Source: a virus. From it: a DNA stretch of 64,000 nt. Positions within the stretch are counted from its first letter, which is position 1. The number at the start of each line of letters is the position of its first letter. The translations under genes and the position numbers were made by a program. This document shows, piece after piece, positions 57,455-63,937 of this stretch. The notes under the pieces are model-generated. The model searched no databases. It was not told the origin of the DNA and worked only from the letters and a program-made list of their open reading frames with translations. The DNA is taken from IMG/VR virus record IMGVR_UViG_3300020418_000005, positions 10,826 through 74,825 of that record; one strand, given 5' to 3'.

Positions 57455-58216
57455 TTAACATGCCAACATATATTTTCTGCTGTATGATCTTGGTGCATCT
57501 AAATCTTCTTGGCATTGCTTTGGTGTTCTCTTTAGTTTGTTGTTGTTGGTTATCTTCTCATTTGGTTTTAGTCTCTGTGTGTTTACTTTCCATATACCTC
57601 TAGAGAACTGCTGTCTCTCCTTTCTGAATGATGGCACTTGGTCATATGCGGGTGCGAAGTATATACACCTTGCAACCTCTGGGCATACATTCCATAGGTC
57701 TCCGCCTACCTCTATCCCTTTCTGCTCTGCCTGTTGCATTAGGTCTATCATCTCTAGAGGTACATAAAACCACTCTTTACCGCACTGCTGTAGTTGACCT
57801 GTAAATTCTAACTTTCTGTGGATACATTGCATAAATGGTCTTGCTTTGGTGTCTCCAATCTCGTAACCGCCTTTGTTGAACTTCTCTCTAAAAACTCCGT
57901 GTAAAAACTGCTCCATTTCAAGAACACCGCCAAGTTCACAACGTTTGCCTGTAAGTTGTGGAATGTATGTGTTCTCGTCAACTGGTACACACGCTAGAAC
58001 TTCATAGTGTTCGCCTGAGTAAGTTGTACCTGACATAGCGTGCTTTCTTGATGCTTCGTAGTCTGCATTAGAAATACCTACTTTTAACTTAACAAGACCT
58101 CTAGATGCAAGTTCGGGACTATATGCGATTGTGAAGTAGATAGACCCTGCAATGTTCACGTCAGACCACTTGCCTGTTGCTGTTGATTTTTTGTTGCGTG
58201 AGTGTTTCTTAAGCAT
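57455..58216 (-). CDS. GIY-YIG-like (T5orf172/MUG113-type) nuclease-domain protein
   Basis: SIYF...LKVGIS...R...YEVL...EMEQFLH..F...GKEWFYV. Confidence 0.6.
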   Translation of the reverse strand: MLKKHSRNKKSTATGKWSDVNIAGSIYFTIAYSPELASRGLVKLKVGISNADYEASRKHAMSGTTYSGEHYEVLACVPVDENTYIPQLTGKRCELGGVLEMEQFLHGVFREKFNKGGYEIGDTKARPFMQCIHRKLEFTGQLQQCGKEWFYVPLEMIDLMQQAEQKGIEVGGDLWNVCPEVARCIYFAPAYDQVPSFRKERQQFSRGIWKVNTQRLKPNEKITNNNKLKRTPKQCQEDLDAPRSYSRKYMLAC

Positions 58217-58298
58217 CTGATTTGTTTGTTGTTAATAATATAATAATCCACTAGGTGAGAAATGCAACCCCCTAGTGGACACTTTGATAATTGTCACA
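58217..58298 (-). promoter_or_regulatory. Early promoter unit: TGTGACA-N10-TGTCCAC box, TTGCAT/TATTAT, CAAATCAG leader
   Basis: One copy of the repeated element. Confidence 0.8.
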
Positions 58299-58554
58299 GA
58301 TGTGTTTGGCAACGTGGCATCTGCCATTTGATTTTCTTTTCACTGTCTGCGATGTCGAAACATACTTCACACATACAATCCGTATCTGGAAATGTGTCTC
58401 GCCAATTATAATCCTCCTCTAATGGATAGTCCCAATAGTAATAGAGGTCGGGTTGGAAATTTCTTTTGCCCTCATCGGTCATATTGGCAACAACCTCTGG
58501 ATCTCCGTCCACGTGTTCCCAATTGAAATTCCCGCATACGTCGCAATATGCCAT
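58294..58554 (-). CDS. Small Cys-rich (zinc-binding) early protein
   Basis: CDVC...CMCEVC. Confidence 0.7.
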   Translation of the reverse strand: MAYCDVCGNFNWEHVDGDPEVVANMTDEGKRNFQPDLYYYWDYPLEEDYNWRDTFPDTDCMCEVCFDIADSEKKIKWQMPRCQTHL

Positions 58555-58721
58555 TAGTCTCTATCCGAGATGTACCACGTACCCGCATTAGGTTTGGGTA
58601 GGTCTTTGAAATTTCTTAGTGCCATTTCGTCAAGCACTGCGATAATAACAGGGTCATTAAGTGCTGAGTCGTTCATTAAGACTCTGCCCTGATAGTATGG
58701 TCTGAGTTGATTGTCGAACAT
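58554..58721 (-). CDS. Early hypothetical protein (MFDNQLRP...); start moved to 58721
   Basis: The upstream ATG lies inside the promoter; the leader ends at 58721. Confidence 0.7.
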   Translation of the reverse strand: MFDNQLRPYYQGRVLMNDSALNDPVIIAVLDEMALRNFKDLPKPNAGTWYISDRD

Positions 58722-58802
58722 AAAACTTTTCTGATCTATTATTATAATACTCGCATAGTGTAGAGAATGCAAGCATTAATGGACAGTTTAAAGATTGGCA
58801 CA
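58722..58802 (-). promoter_or_regulatory. Early promoter unit: TGTGCCA-N10-TGTCCAT box, TTGCAT-17-TATTAT
   Basis: One copy of the repeated element. Confidence 0.8.
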
Positions 58803-58814
58803 CCCCTCAGCTGA

Positions 58815-59110
58815 AGTTCAGTGCTTTACACTAATGTGCCAATCAAATAAGGGCAACTCAATTTGGCAGTTTGAGATTAAATCCTTACGGATCGCCTTGC
58901 CCTTTGGTTTCGGTGTGTAGGTTGCGAGGAGATTGACCGATCTCCCCTAGCAAATTCCATGCCTATCCGAGTTACAGGTCGGTGCACTGATTGCTGGTCA
59001 GGCAATAGATTTGGGACTTACGTAGAGGTTCGACTTAAAGAGACTAAGACCAGTTTAATTGTGGTAATGCTTCCACACTGCGTTGCTCACCCTTGCCTAC
59101 TGCCCAGTAT
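58815..59110 (-). ncRNA. Candidate ~300-nt structured non-coding RNA
   Basis: Gap with no ORF of 60 aa or more in a gene-dense region; many stems: AAGGGCAA/TTGCCCTT, ATCC-GTAA-GGAT (GNRA loop on minus strand), GGAGAT/ATCTCC, CTCAA/TTGAG, CCGA/TCGG, ATTGC/GCAAT, TGTGG/CCACA. Confidence 0.55.
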
Positions 59111-59114
59111 GGGA

Positions 59115-59267
59115 TTATCCTCCCATACTTAGAAATCTTTCCATAACCATTTCGTCTATAACGTGGTTAACATCTGGATCACCCATTGGATCGTATTCTA
59201 TACCAAATTCTTCGCATACCTCGTCTAAGATTGTCTCGAAGATTGATTCGTGATGTAGAGTTGACAT
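59115..59267 (-). CDS. Early acidic protein, 50 aa (MSTLHHESIFETILDEV...)
   Basis: Read manually; directly follows a promoter unit and leader. Confidence 0.75.
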   Translation of the reverse strand: MSTLHHESIFETILDEVCEEFGIEYDPMGDPDVNHVIDEMVMERFLSMGG

Positions 59268-59351
59268 AATTCTGATTCGTTTGTATATTATAATAATAGT
59301 CCACTACATTTGATTTTGCAATAGGTAGTGGACAGTTTGTAAATTGTCTAC
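59268..59351 (-). promoter_or_regulatory. Early promoter unit: GTAGACA-N10-TGTCCAC box, TTGCAA-17-TATTAT
   Basis: One copy of the repeated element. Confidence 0.8.
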
Positions 59352-59860
59352 AGATAACCAGCAACCTCACATCCTGGTTCGTCATAAAACCAACTAACAG
59401 AAATGCCATCAAATTTCTCTCTGATTGCGTAGCATATTTCCTCAGGTGGTGACCACGCTGTATTGAAACTCGCTTCAAATCCATTTGGCAAGTCGCAATC
59501 ATCCGTGCTTAGGTCATAACAATCCCACTTAGTTCCCCAATTATGCACTCGCCAATTATACCAGCGATCATCCATAACATCAGTTGATTTAAAGCGAAGT
59601 CCATTTCTAAAGGGTTTGTCTTTATCATTGAACATTATAGGTTTCTCACCTACCTTGCCACGTGGATTTGAGAATGAGTATTCTTTGACGTCATTCTCTG
59701 TGAGTGGTATGTCTGCCCAGTCTGGTTCGGGAATGATCTGACCAAATACTGTCTTATCTACGTAAGGGTTAGTACCTGATTCAAAAATTTCGTAGAGTTC
59801 TTTAATGTGTTCCTCGTTGTCTGAGTAGAATGAAACTCTGTTAAAGCAATGATTTGGCAT
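59348..59860 (-). CDS. YubB/DUF1281-like ferredoxin-fold protein
   Basis: MPNHC.N, WYNWRV.NWGTKWD, FNTAWSPP, WFYDEPG. Confidence 0.8.
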   Translation of the reverse strand: MPNHCFNRVSFYSDNEEHIKELYEIFESGTNPYVDKTVFGQIIPEPDWADIPLTENDVKEYSFSNPRGKVGEKPIMFNDKDKPFRNGLRFKSTDVMDDRWYNWRVHNWGTKWDCYDLSTDDCDLPNGFEASFNTAWSPPEEICYAIREKFDGISVSWFYDEPGCEVAGYL

Positions 59861-59943
59861 AATCTGATTTGATTAATTAATTACATTATAGTGTATCACC
59901 CTAGACAAATGTTGTCTGGGTGGACACTTCTGAAACTAGCACA
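59861..59943 (-). promoter_or_regulatory. Early promoter unit embedded in the 3' end of the DUF3574-like gene: TGTGCTA-N10-TGTCCAC, TATAAT
   Basis: Same 29-nt box to -10 spacing; no recognisable -35. Confidence 0.7.
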
Positions 59944-60206
59944 GACTCCTGTCTGAATTGCTTTCTGTATTTGTCAGCGATATGCTTTAATAATACTGCT
60001 GTTGCAATTGCTTCAGTATCAGCAACCTCAATATAGAATATTTTGGTTTGCTCAAACTCTCCCTTCCATAATCCCTCGCCATCAATAAATGTGCCATACT
60101 CAAAATGTGGTATGATCTCTTCCTTAATGAATGAGTTTATCATTGAGTCGGATACTCTTCCTGCGTTTGGAATGTTCCTTCCCATGATTAGTTCGAGTCT
60201 TTTCAT
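59901..60206 (-). CDS. DUF3574-like protein
   Basis: FIKEEIIPHF..GTFIDGEGLWKG..E.TK...YRKQFRQESVL. Confidence 0.7.
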   Translation of the reverse strand: MKRLELIMGRNIPNAGRVSDSMINSFIKEEIIPHFEYGTFIDGEGLWKGEFEQTKIFYIEVADTEAIATAVLLKHIADKYRKQFRQESVLVSEVSTQTTFV

Positions 60207-60289
60207 AAAGTGTGTTGTATGCTATGACTATATTATAGAGCATATGTCATCTCCTGCTACTGTTAGTGGACACTCTTTTAATTGGCACA
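60207..60289 (-). promoter_or_regulatory. Early promoter unit: TGTGCCA-N10-TGTCCAC, TATAAT
   Basis: One copy of the repeated element. Confidence 0.75.
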
Positions 60290-60376
60290 TTGCGGCTGAG
60301 GACCCAAGCAAATGTTAAGAGGTGTTTAGCAGCGGGTGATCCGCTGCTGTACAGCGGGTGATATGGGAATGTATTG

Positions 60377-60454
60377 TTAGGCATTGTTTTTAAAATTTTT
60401 GATGAAGATGTATAAGAGGATGCTAATGCATCCCCAAACAATTAACGTTGTCAT
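60377..60454 (-). CDS. Possible 25-aa single-pass membrane peptide (MTTLIVWGCISILLYIFIKNFKNNA)
   Basis: ATG abuts the stop of the upstream gene; hydrophobic. Confidence 0.4.
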   Translation of the reverse strand: MTTLIVWGCISILLYIFIKNFKNNA

Positions 60455-60715
60455 CTAAAAATCCTCCAACATCTCATTGATTTCCACACCGTTAACTTTA
60501 GGATCGTCCCATCTCACACCGTCGCCAGTGGTCTCTGATCCGAGACAGGTGAGCATCTCTAATAGGTGATCATAATCCAAGGCACGGCGTGCGATATCGT
60601 AGAGTCCCTCGTCACCACCTAACCAAAGACCGACGTTCCAAGTCTCGTAGTTAGTCCAACCGTTGTACTCAGTGTCCTGATCCAATAGGTTTGCCTGATA
60701 AGTTGCTGTTGTCAT
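60455..60715 (-). CDS. Early hypothetical protein (YNGWTNYETWNV family); start moved to 60715
   Basis: Widespread phage motif YNGW.NYETW; leader CAAATCAGATT precedes this ATG. Confidence 0.8.
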   Translation of the reverse strand: MTTATYQANLLDQDTEYNGWTNYETWNVGLWLGGDEGLYDIARRALDYDHLLEMLTCLGSETTGDGVRWDDPKVNGVEINEMLEDF

Positions 60716-60799
60716 AATCTGATTTGTTTGACTATTATTAGTATAGAGTGTGGGTGCGTATCCTGCAACCCTGAGTATGCCACAAAAGATATTGTCACA
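60716..60799 (-). promoter_or_regulatory. Early promoter unit: TGTGACA-N10-TGGCATA, TTGCAG-17-TATACT
   Basis: One copy of the repeated element. Confidence 0.75.
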
Positions 60800-60818
60800 C
60801 TCTGTGGCGATCCGTGTC

Positions 60819-61037
60819 TTAATATTCATAATAATAAGGGTGTTCAGTTCCACAGGGTTCGGGTTCGCAAACTGTGTCTGCGTCCACGTTCTGTCTTAGG
60901 TTATCGTCATAGGCACGGATAGACAACTCTGAGTTGTCAACATCCCAACCCTTACGCTCCATTGCTTCGGCACAAATGTCCCAAACCTTATGAAGTTCGT
61001 CATCATCGAGAAAACCAATAACGTTGAAGTAATGCAT
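60819..61037 (-). CDS. Early hypothetical protein
   Basis: ORF track; follows the divergent promoter. Confidence 0.7.
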   Translation of the reverse strand: MHYFNVIGFLDDDELHKVWDICAEAMERKGWDVDNSELSIRAYDDNLRQNVDADTVCEPEPCGTEHPYYYEY

Positions 61038-61176
61038 AGTTATGTGTAACTATACGTATTCTATATGACACACGCAGGAAAACAATTAATGTTGTGACAG
61101 TAATATTAGTGGCACACTGTGTATAGTATTATGAGTATGAGTGATTATAATTGAAGAGTACTATACAAATCAGATT
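61038..61176. promoter_or_regulatory. Bidirectional early promoter sharing one palindromic box (TGTGACA-GTAATATTAG-TGGCACA, 61093-61116)
   Basis: TATAAT 29 nt to the right on plus strand and TAGAAT 29 nt to the left on minus strand. Confidence 0.8.
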
Positions 61177-61338
61177 ATGAGAATTAATCAGTATGTAGTT
61201 TACACCTCGCCAGTAAAGATCGTTGATGACTTTGCGGAAGCGTGTAAGATAGCAGACGACTATTTCAACGAGACAGGATATATTGTCGCTGTTGAAGAGA
61301 CTAACCCAGTTGTCTATCCTGAGTATGAAGTTGCCTAA
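61177..61338 (+). CDS. Early hypothetical protein (MRINQYVVY...); start moved to 61177
   Basis: CAAATCAGATT leader precedes this ATG. Confidence 0.7.
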   Translation: MRINQYVVYTSPVKIVDDFAEACKIADDYFNETGYIVAVEETNPVVYPEYEVA

Positions 61339-61555
61339 TCTAACCCGTGAGCAATTCACAGACTTAAAAGAGTTGCTCACGGAAAGAATCGTTGATAATA
61401 TGACTACTGAGCAACTCGCTGAGTATGTCGCAGACGATTACTTTAAATACTTCGACTCTCTCACATACGCTGAGTTTATGGGCGAAGCATCAGACTACTG
61501 GGACGATTACTTCCCAGATGTATTAAACGAATTAATCGAGGACACTACGGTATGA
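61325..61555 (+). CDS. Early acidic hypothetical protein (MKLPNLTREQ...)
   Basis: Overlaps neighbours; ATG at 61325. Confidence 0.7.
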   Translation: MKLPNLTREQFTDLKELLTERIVDNMTTEQLAEYVADDYFKYFDSLTYAEFMGEASDYWDDYFPDVLNELIEDTTV

Positions 61556-61743
61556 GTTACACTACAAACGAATTAGCATTGCTCGATCTAATCAGCAACG
61601 TTAACAAAATATTCTATTATGTTGGCGAAGATGGCGACCTTATAGATCGCTTCGACGTTAAGCAACTCGACAAAGCAGTTGCATCATTCAAACAATCAAT
61701 TCAATTAGGAGACCACAATGCCCAGGACGTCGAGTACATTTAA
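61552..61743 (+). CDS. Early hypothetical protein
   Basis: ATGA coupling. Confidence 0.7.
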   Translation: MSYTTNELALLDLISNVNKIFYYVGEDGDLIDRFDVKQLDKAVASFKQSIQLGDHNAQDVEYI

Positions 61744-61939
61744 AGAGTACGCAAACTTACCAAAGTATGACGCAGACCTATACTCAGATCTCTCTGATCT
61801 GGGTTGGGACTATACCTGTGGTCGTATGTCACGTAGTGCTATGGAAATCTATGACACTATAATGACACGGTTAGGTGTTCTCGATGAGGGAGAACACTGG
61901 AATGAGGATTGCTACTCAGATCACGGATGTGACCATTAG
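61718..61939 (+). CDS. Early hypothetical protein (DLGWDY..GRMSRS motif)
   Basis: AGGAG SD upstream. Confidence 0.7.
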   Translation: MPRTSSTFKEYANLPKYDADLYSDLSDLGWDYTCGRMSRSAMEIYDTIMTRLGVLDEGEHWNEDCYSDHGCDH

Positions 61940-62103
61940 GTCTCATTCGTAAATTCAATATCTACCTCGACGGCTGACATGTCGTCGAGGATATCTTCAT
62001 GCACATGTGGATCCCTGATCCCTTTATGTGCCTTTCGATACATATACATTTCAGTATATTGATCTATCATCTCCTGATACATCTCTGAAATACTCATAGA
62101 CAT
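61936..62103 (-). CDS. Hypothetical protein, 55 aa (MSMSISEMYQEMIDQY...)
   Basis: Read manually; GCGGAGG SD upstream; converges on the plus-strand block. Confidence 0.6.
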   Translation of the reverse strand: MSMSISEMYQEMIDQYTEMYMYRKAHKGIRDPHVHEDILDDMSAVEVDIEFTNET

Positions 62104-62157
62104 AAAAAAACCTCCGCATGAGAAAGATCTTATAATATTAATTTATAAGAAAAAGCA

Positions 62158-62206
62158 AAAAAGTTAAAAACCGAGAAAATCAGAAAACCTCAGTTTTTAA
62201 CTTTTT
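62158..62206 (-). other. 18-bp A/U-rich hairpin with loop GUUUUCUGAUUUU (terminator-like or sRNA domain)
   Basis: AAAAAGTTAAAAACTGAG / CTCGGTTTTTAACTTTTT; one pair is G-U only on the minus strand. Confidence 0.65.
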
Positions 62207-62273
62207 GTGTTTCTGGGACTTACAACAATTGGCATAAATCAGAAAACTGCGAGATGTACGCCCAGAGGACCGC

Positions 62274-62591
62274 TTAGATTAGCGATCCTGATAAGAATGG
62301 AAAGACTGAGTTACCGTGTCTAATGAACCAAGTCCAGTCTTTCTGAAAAACTCCTGCCTGTGGTCTGAACTCTTGGCACAATGCATTAAGTCTGCTCTTA
62401 GTGGTGTTGCTCTGCCACCCGCCGTCAAAGATTGCGACAAACTCGCTGCATACCTGAGCAATTCTATTACCGTGTAAGTATACAGTTGCCTGATCCGCAT
62501 TCTCTGGGTCAATCATTACTGTAGTATTGCCACCAGACCAGTTAACTCTGTTTCTGATTGCTGTGTTCATTTGCATTTCAATTTTACGCAT
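62274..62591 (-). CDS. Conserved early protein (MRKIE...LHGN.IA...GGWQS.TTKSRLNAL); start moved to 62591
   Basis: Recognisable marine phage motif. Confidence 0.8.
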   Translation of the reverse strand: MRKIEMQMNTAIRNRVNWSGGNTTVMIDPENADQATVYLHGNRIAQVCSEFVAIFDGGWQSNTTKSRLNALCQEFRPQAGVFQKDWTWFIRHGNSVFPFLSGSLI

Positions 62592-62631
62592 AGTGAAGAA
62601 AAGTAATAGGGTGAATAGGATAGTGTACAAT

Positions 62632-62814
62632 TTAGAAGTTAATGTCAATAAGTTTTGCGATGTAGTTAACAACGTTATCGTTTGTTAAGTCTACCTCTGG
62701 ATAAGTAATCTCGATGAAGTCACACGCTAACTCTAAGTCAGGTTTGTTAGGTGAGTCTGCTGACATCTCTCTGAGATAAGATAAGAGGTGTGCAGTTTGT
62801 GGATAGTTGATCAT
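62632..62814 (-). CDS. Early hypothetical protein
   Basis: Follows a promoter unit and leader. Confidence 0.7.
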   Translation of the reverse strand: MINYPQTAHLLSYLREMSADSPNKPDLELACDFIEITYPEVDLTNDNVVNYIAKLIDINF

Positions 62815-62898
62815 TTGCTGATTTGTTTGTTATACATTAATTATAGCAGATGATGTTGGTGATGCAACTGGGTGTGTGCCACTTATTTTACTGTCACA
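62815..62898 (-). promoter_or_regulatory. Early promoter unit: TGTGACA-N10-TGGCACA, TTGCAT-16-TATAAT
   Basis: One copy of the repeated element. Confidence 0.8.
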
Positions 62899-63052
62899 CA
62901 TCTTCCTGCTCCAGATCCAAAACGAGTCCCATTAATATATGGGTTCTCTCAATGAGTGCCTGTCTACAATCAACTAACTCATAGTCGGTTAGTTCACGTA
63001 GAGATGTGTTGAGTTCCTCAACCTGATCAAATAGTTCGTCTGCAATAGTCAT
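62894..63052 (-). CDS. Early hypothetical protein, 52 aa (MTIADELFDQVEEL...)
   Basis: Read manually; stop TGA lies inside the next box. Confidence 0.65.
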   Translation of the reverse strand: MTIADELFDQVEELNTSLRELTDYELVDCRQALIERTHILMGLVLDLEQEDV

Positions 63053-63054
63053 AA

Positions 63055-63279
63055 TTAAAAGGGACAATCTTCTGGTACTCTGTATAATGGTTCATCACCG
63101 CACATCCACGCCGAACGTTGGTCTAGTTGCCACATCATTTTATTTGCTCTGGATTCCAGATCCTTAATTACTGATCTGTCCCCTTGCCAAATGAATTCGT
63201 TCATCTCGTCGATTGTGTGACCGTGCTCTTCTCTGTACTCTTCCCATACAGTGTCATAGATCCAAGTATTTTCTGGCAT
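63055..63279 (-). CDS. Early hypothetical protein
   Basis: GGAGG SD upstream. Confidence 0.7.
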   Translation of the reverse strand: MPENTWIYDTVWEEYREEHGHTIDEMNEFIWQGDRSVIKDLESRANKMMWQLDQRSAWMCGDEPLYRVPEDCPF

Positions 63280-63291
63280 GAAAAAGACCTC

Positions 63292-63477
63292 CTAAGCGAA
63301 TAGAGGTCTCATATAGTCCTTAAACTCCTCACGTCTGTGATCGGCAAGAACTCTCATTTCTTTTTCTGTGATTACTAAGTCGTAACCCTCTGCCTTCATC
63401 TCATCGTAGCATGCCTGAGAGATATCTTTATCTGTTAGGTCATATTTGTGAAGTTCAACGTGTTTGAAGAATGACAT
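63292..63477 (-). CDS. Early hypothetical protein (MSFFKHVELHKYDL...)
   Basis: Follows a promoter unit. Confidence 0.75.
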   Translation of the reverse strand: MSFFKHVELHKYDLTDKDISQACYDEMKAEGYDLVITEKEMRVLADHRREEFKDYMRPLFA

Positions 63478-63565
63478 AATTGGTTTCTGAATTTGTTTAT
63501 ACTCTATTATTGCATTTTTTTATGCATAATGAAACCATTTGTGTGCCACTAATAATATCGGCACA
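63478..63565 (-). promoter_or_regulatory. Early promoter unit: TGTGCCG-N10-TGGCACA, AATAAT
   Basis: One copy of the repeated element. Confidence 0.7.
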
Positions 63566-63700
63566 CTATCTGTCTTTATCTTTCCTGATCCGTGTTATCT
63601 TCTTCTTATTGGACCTGTCTATATTCTTAATTTGATATCCATATGTGTTGAGATCGTCCGAATTGGCGTCTCCTTGGTCTATATTGTATTTTTTTGGCAT
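63566..63700 (-). CDS. Small basic protein, 44 aa (MPKKYNIDQGD...)
   Basis: Read manually; ATG abuts the upstream stop and its own stop abuts the box. Confidence 0.55.
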   Translation of the reverse strand: MPKKYNIDQGDANSDDLNTYGYQIKNIDRSNKKKITRIRKDKDR

Positions 63701-63937
63701 TTATTTCTCAGCGGGGACTAGTTCTCCTTCTTTTATACTGGCATGAAATAGTTTACCAACAGATTCCTCTCTTTTCAAGGTCTCTGACAGCTTGTTCTCG
63801 AATATTTGTGGGTTTTCACACATAAATTCGTATTCTTTGTCGATATTTGTATTATATGTTGCAAATACTGACTTTTCGCCAATCTTTATAACATATAATG
63901 CCGAACTACCGAGGTTTTCGTAAGTTTTCACAAACAT
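63701..63937 (-). CDS. KTSC-domain-like small protein
   Basis: SSAL...V...Y....EYEF...ESVGKLFH..IK pattern. Confidence 0.5.
   Translation of the reverse strand: MFVKTYENLGSSALYVIKIGEKSVFATYNTNIDKEYEFMCENPQIFENKLSETLKREESVGKLFHASIKEGELVPAEK

Noticed and set aside
58835-58858. TGTGCCAATCAAATAAGGGCAACT as a further plus-strand promoter box
   Set aside because: Right half is degenerate, no -10 at the expected distance, and it overlaps the predicted RNA stem
59020-59050. GGTTCGA resembling a tRNA T-loop
   Set aside because: No paired T-stem, acceptor stem or cloverleaf around it
58815-59110. Group I intron or known self-cleaving ribozyme
   Set aside because: Does not interrupt a gene; I could not place the complete conserved cores of group I, hammerhead, twister or HDV ribozymes by eye
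59179-59502. 107-aa minus-strand ORF from the track
   Set aside because: Out-of-frame overlap of the YubB-like gene and runs through a promoter unit; the 50-aa ORF 59115-59267 fits the signals better
60247-60441. 64-aa minus-strand ORF from the track
   Set aside because: Non-ATG start with no signal and runs through the next promoter box; the shorter Met-initiated part cannot be excluded
61093-61116. Box as a canonical CRP or NtcA site
   Set aside because: Spacing does not fit TGTGA-N6-TCACA or GTA-N8-TAC
58217-63565. Repeated boxes as a CRISPR array or integron attC array
   Set aside because: Repeats are degenerate, separated by whole genes at irregular spacing, tied to -10 elements and lack GTTRRRY cores; no cas or integrase gene in the window
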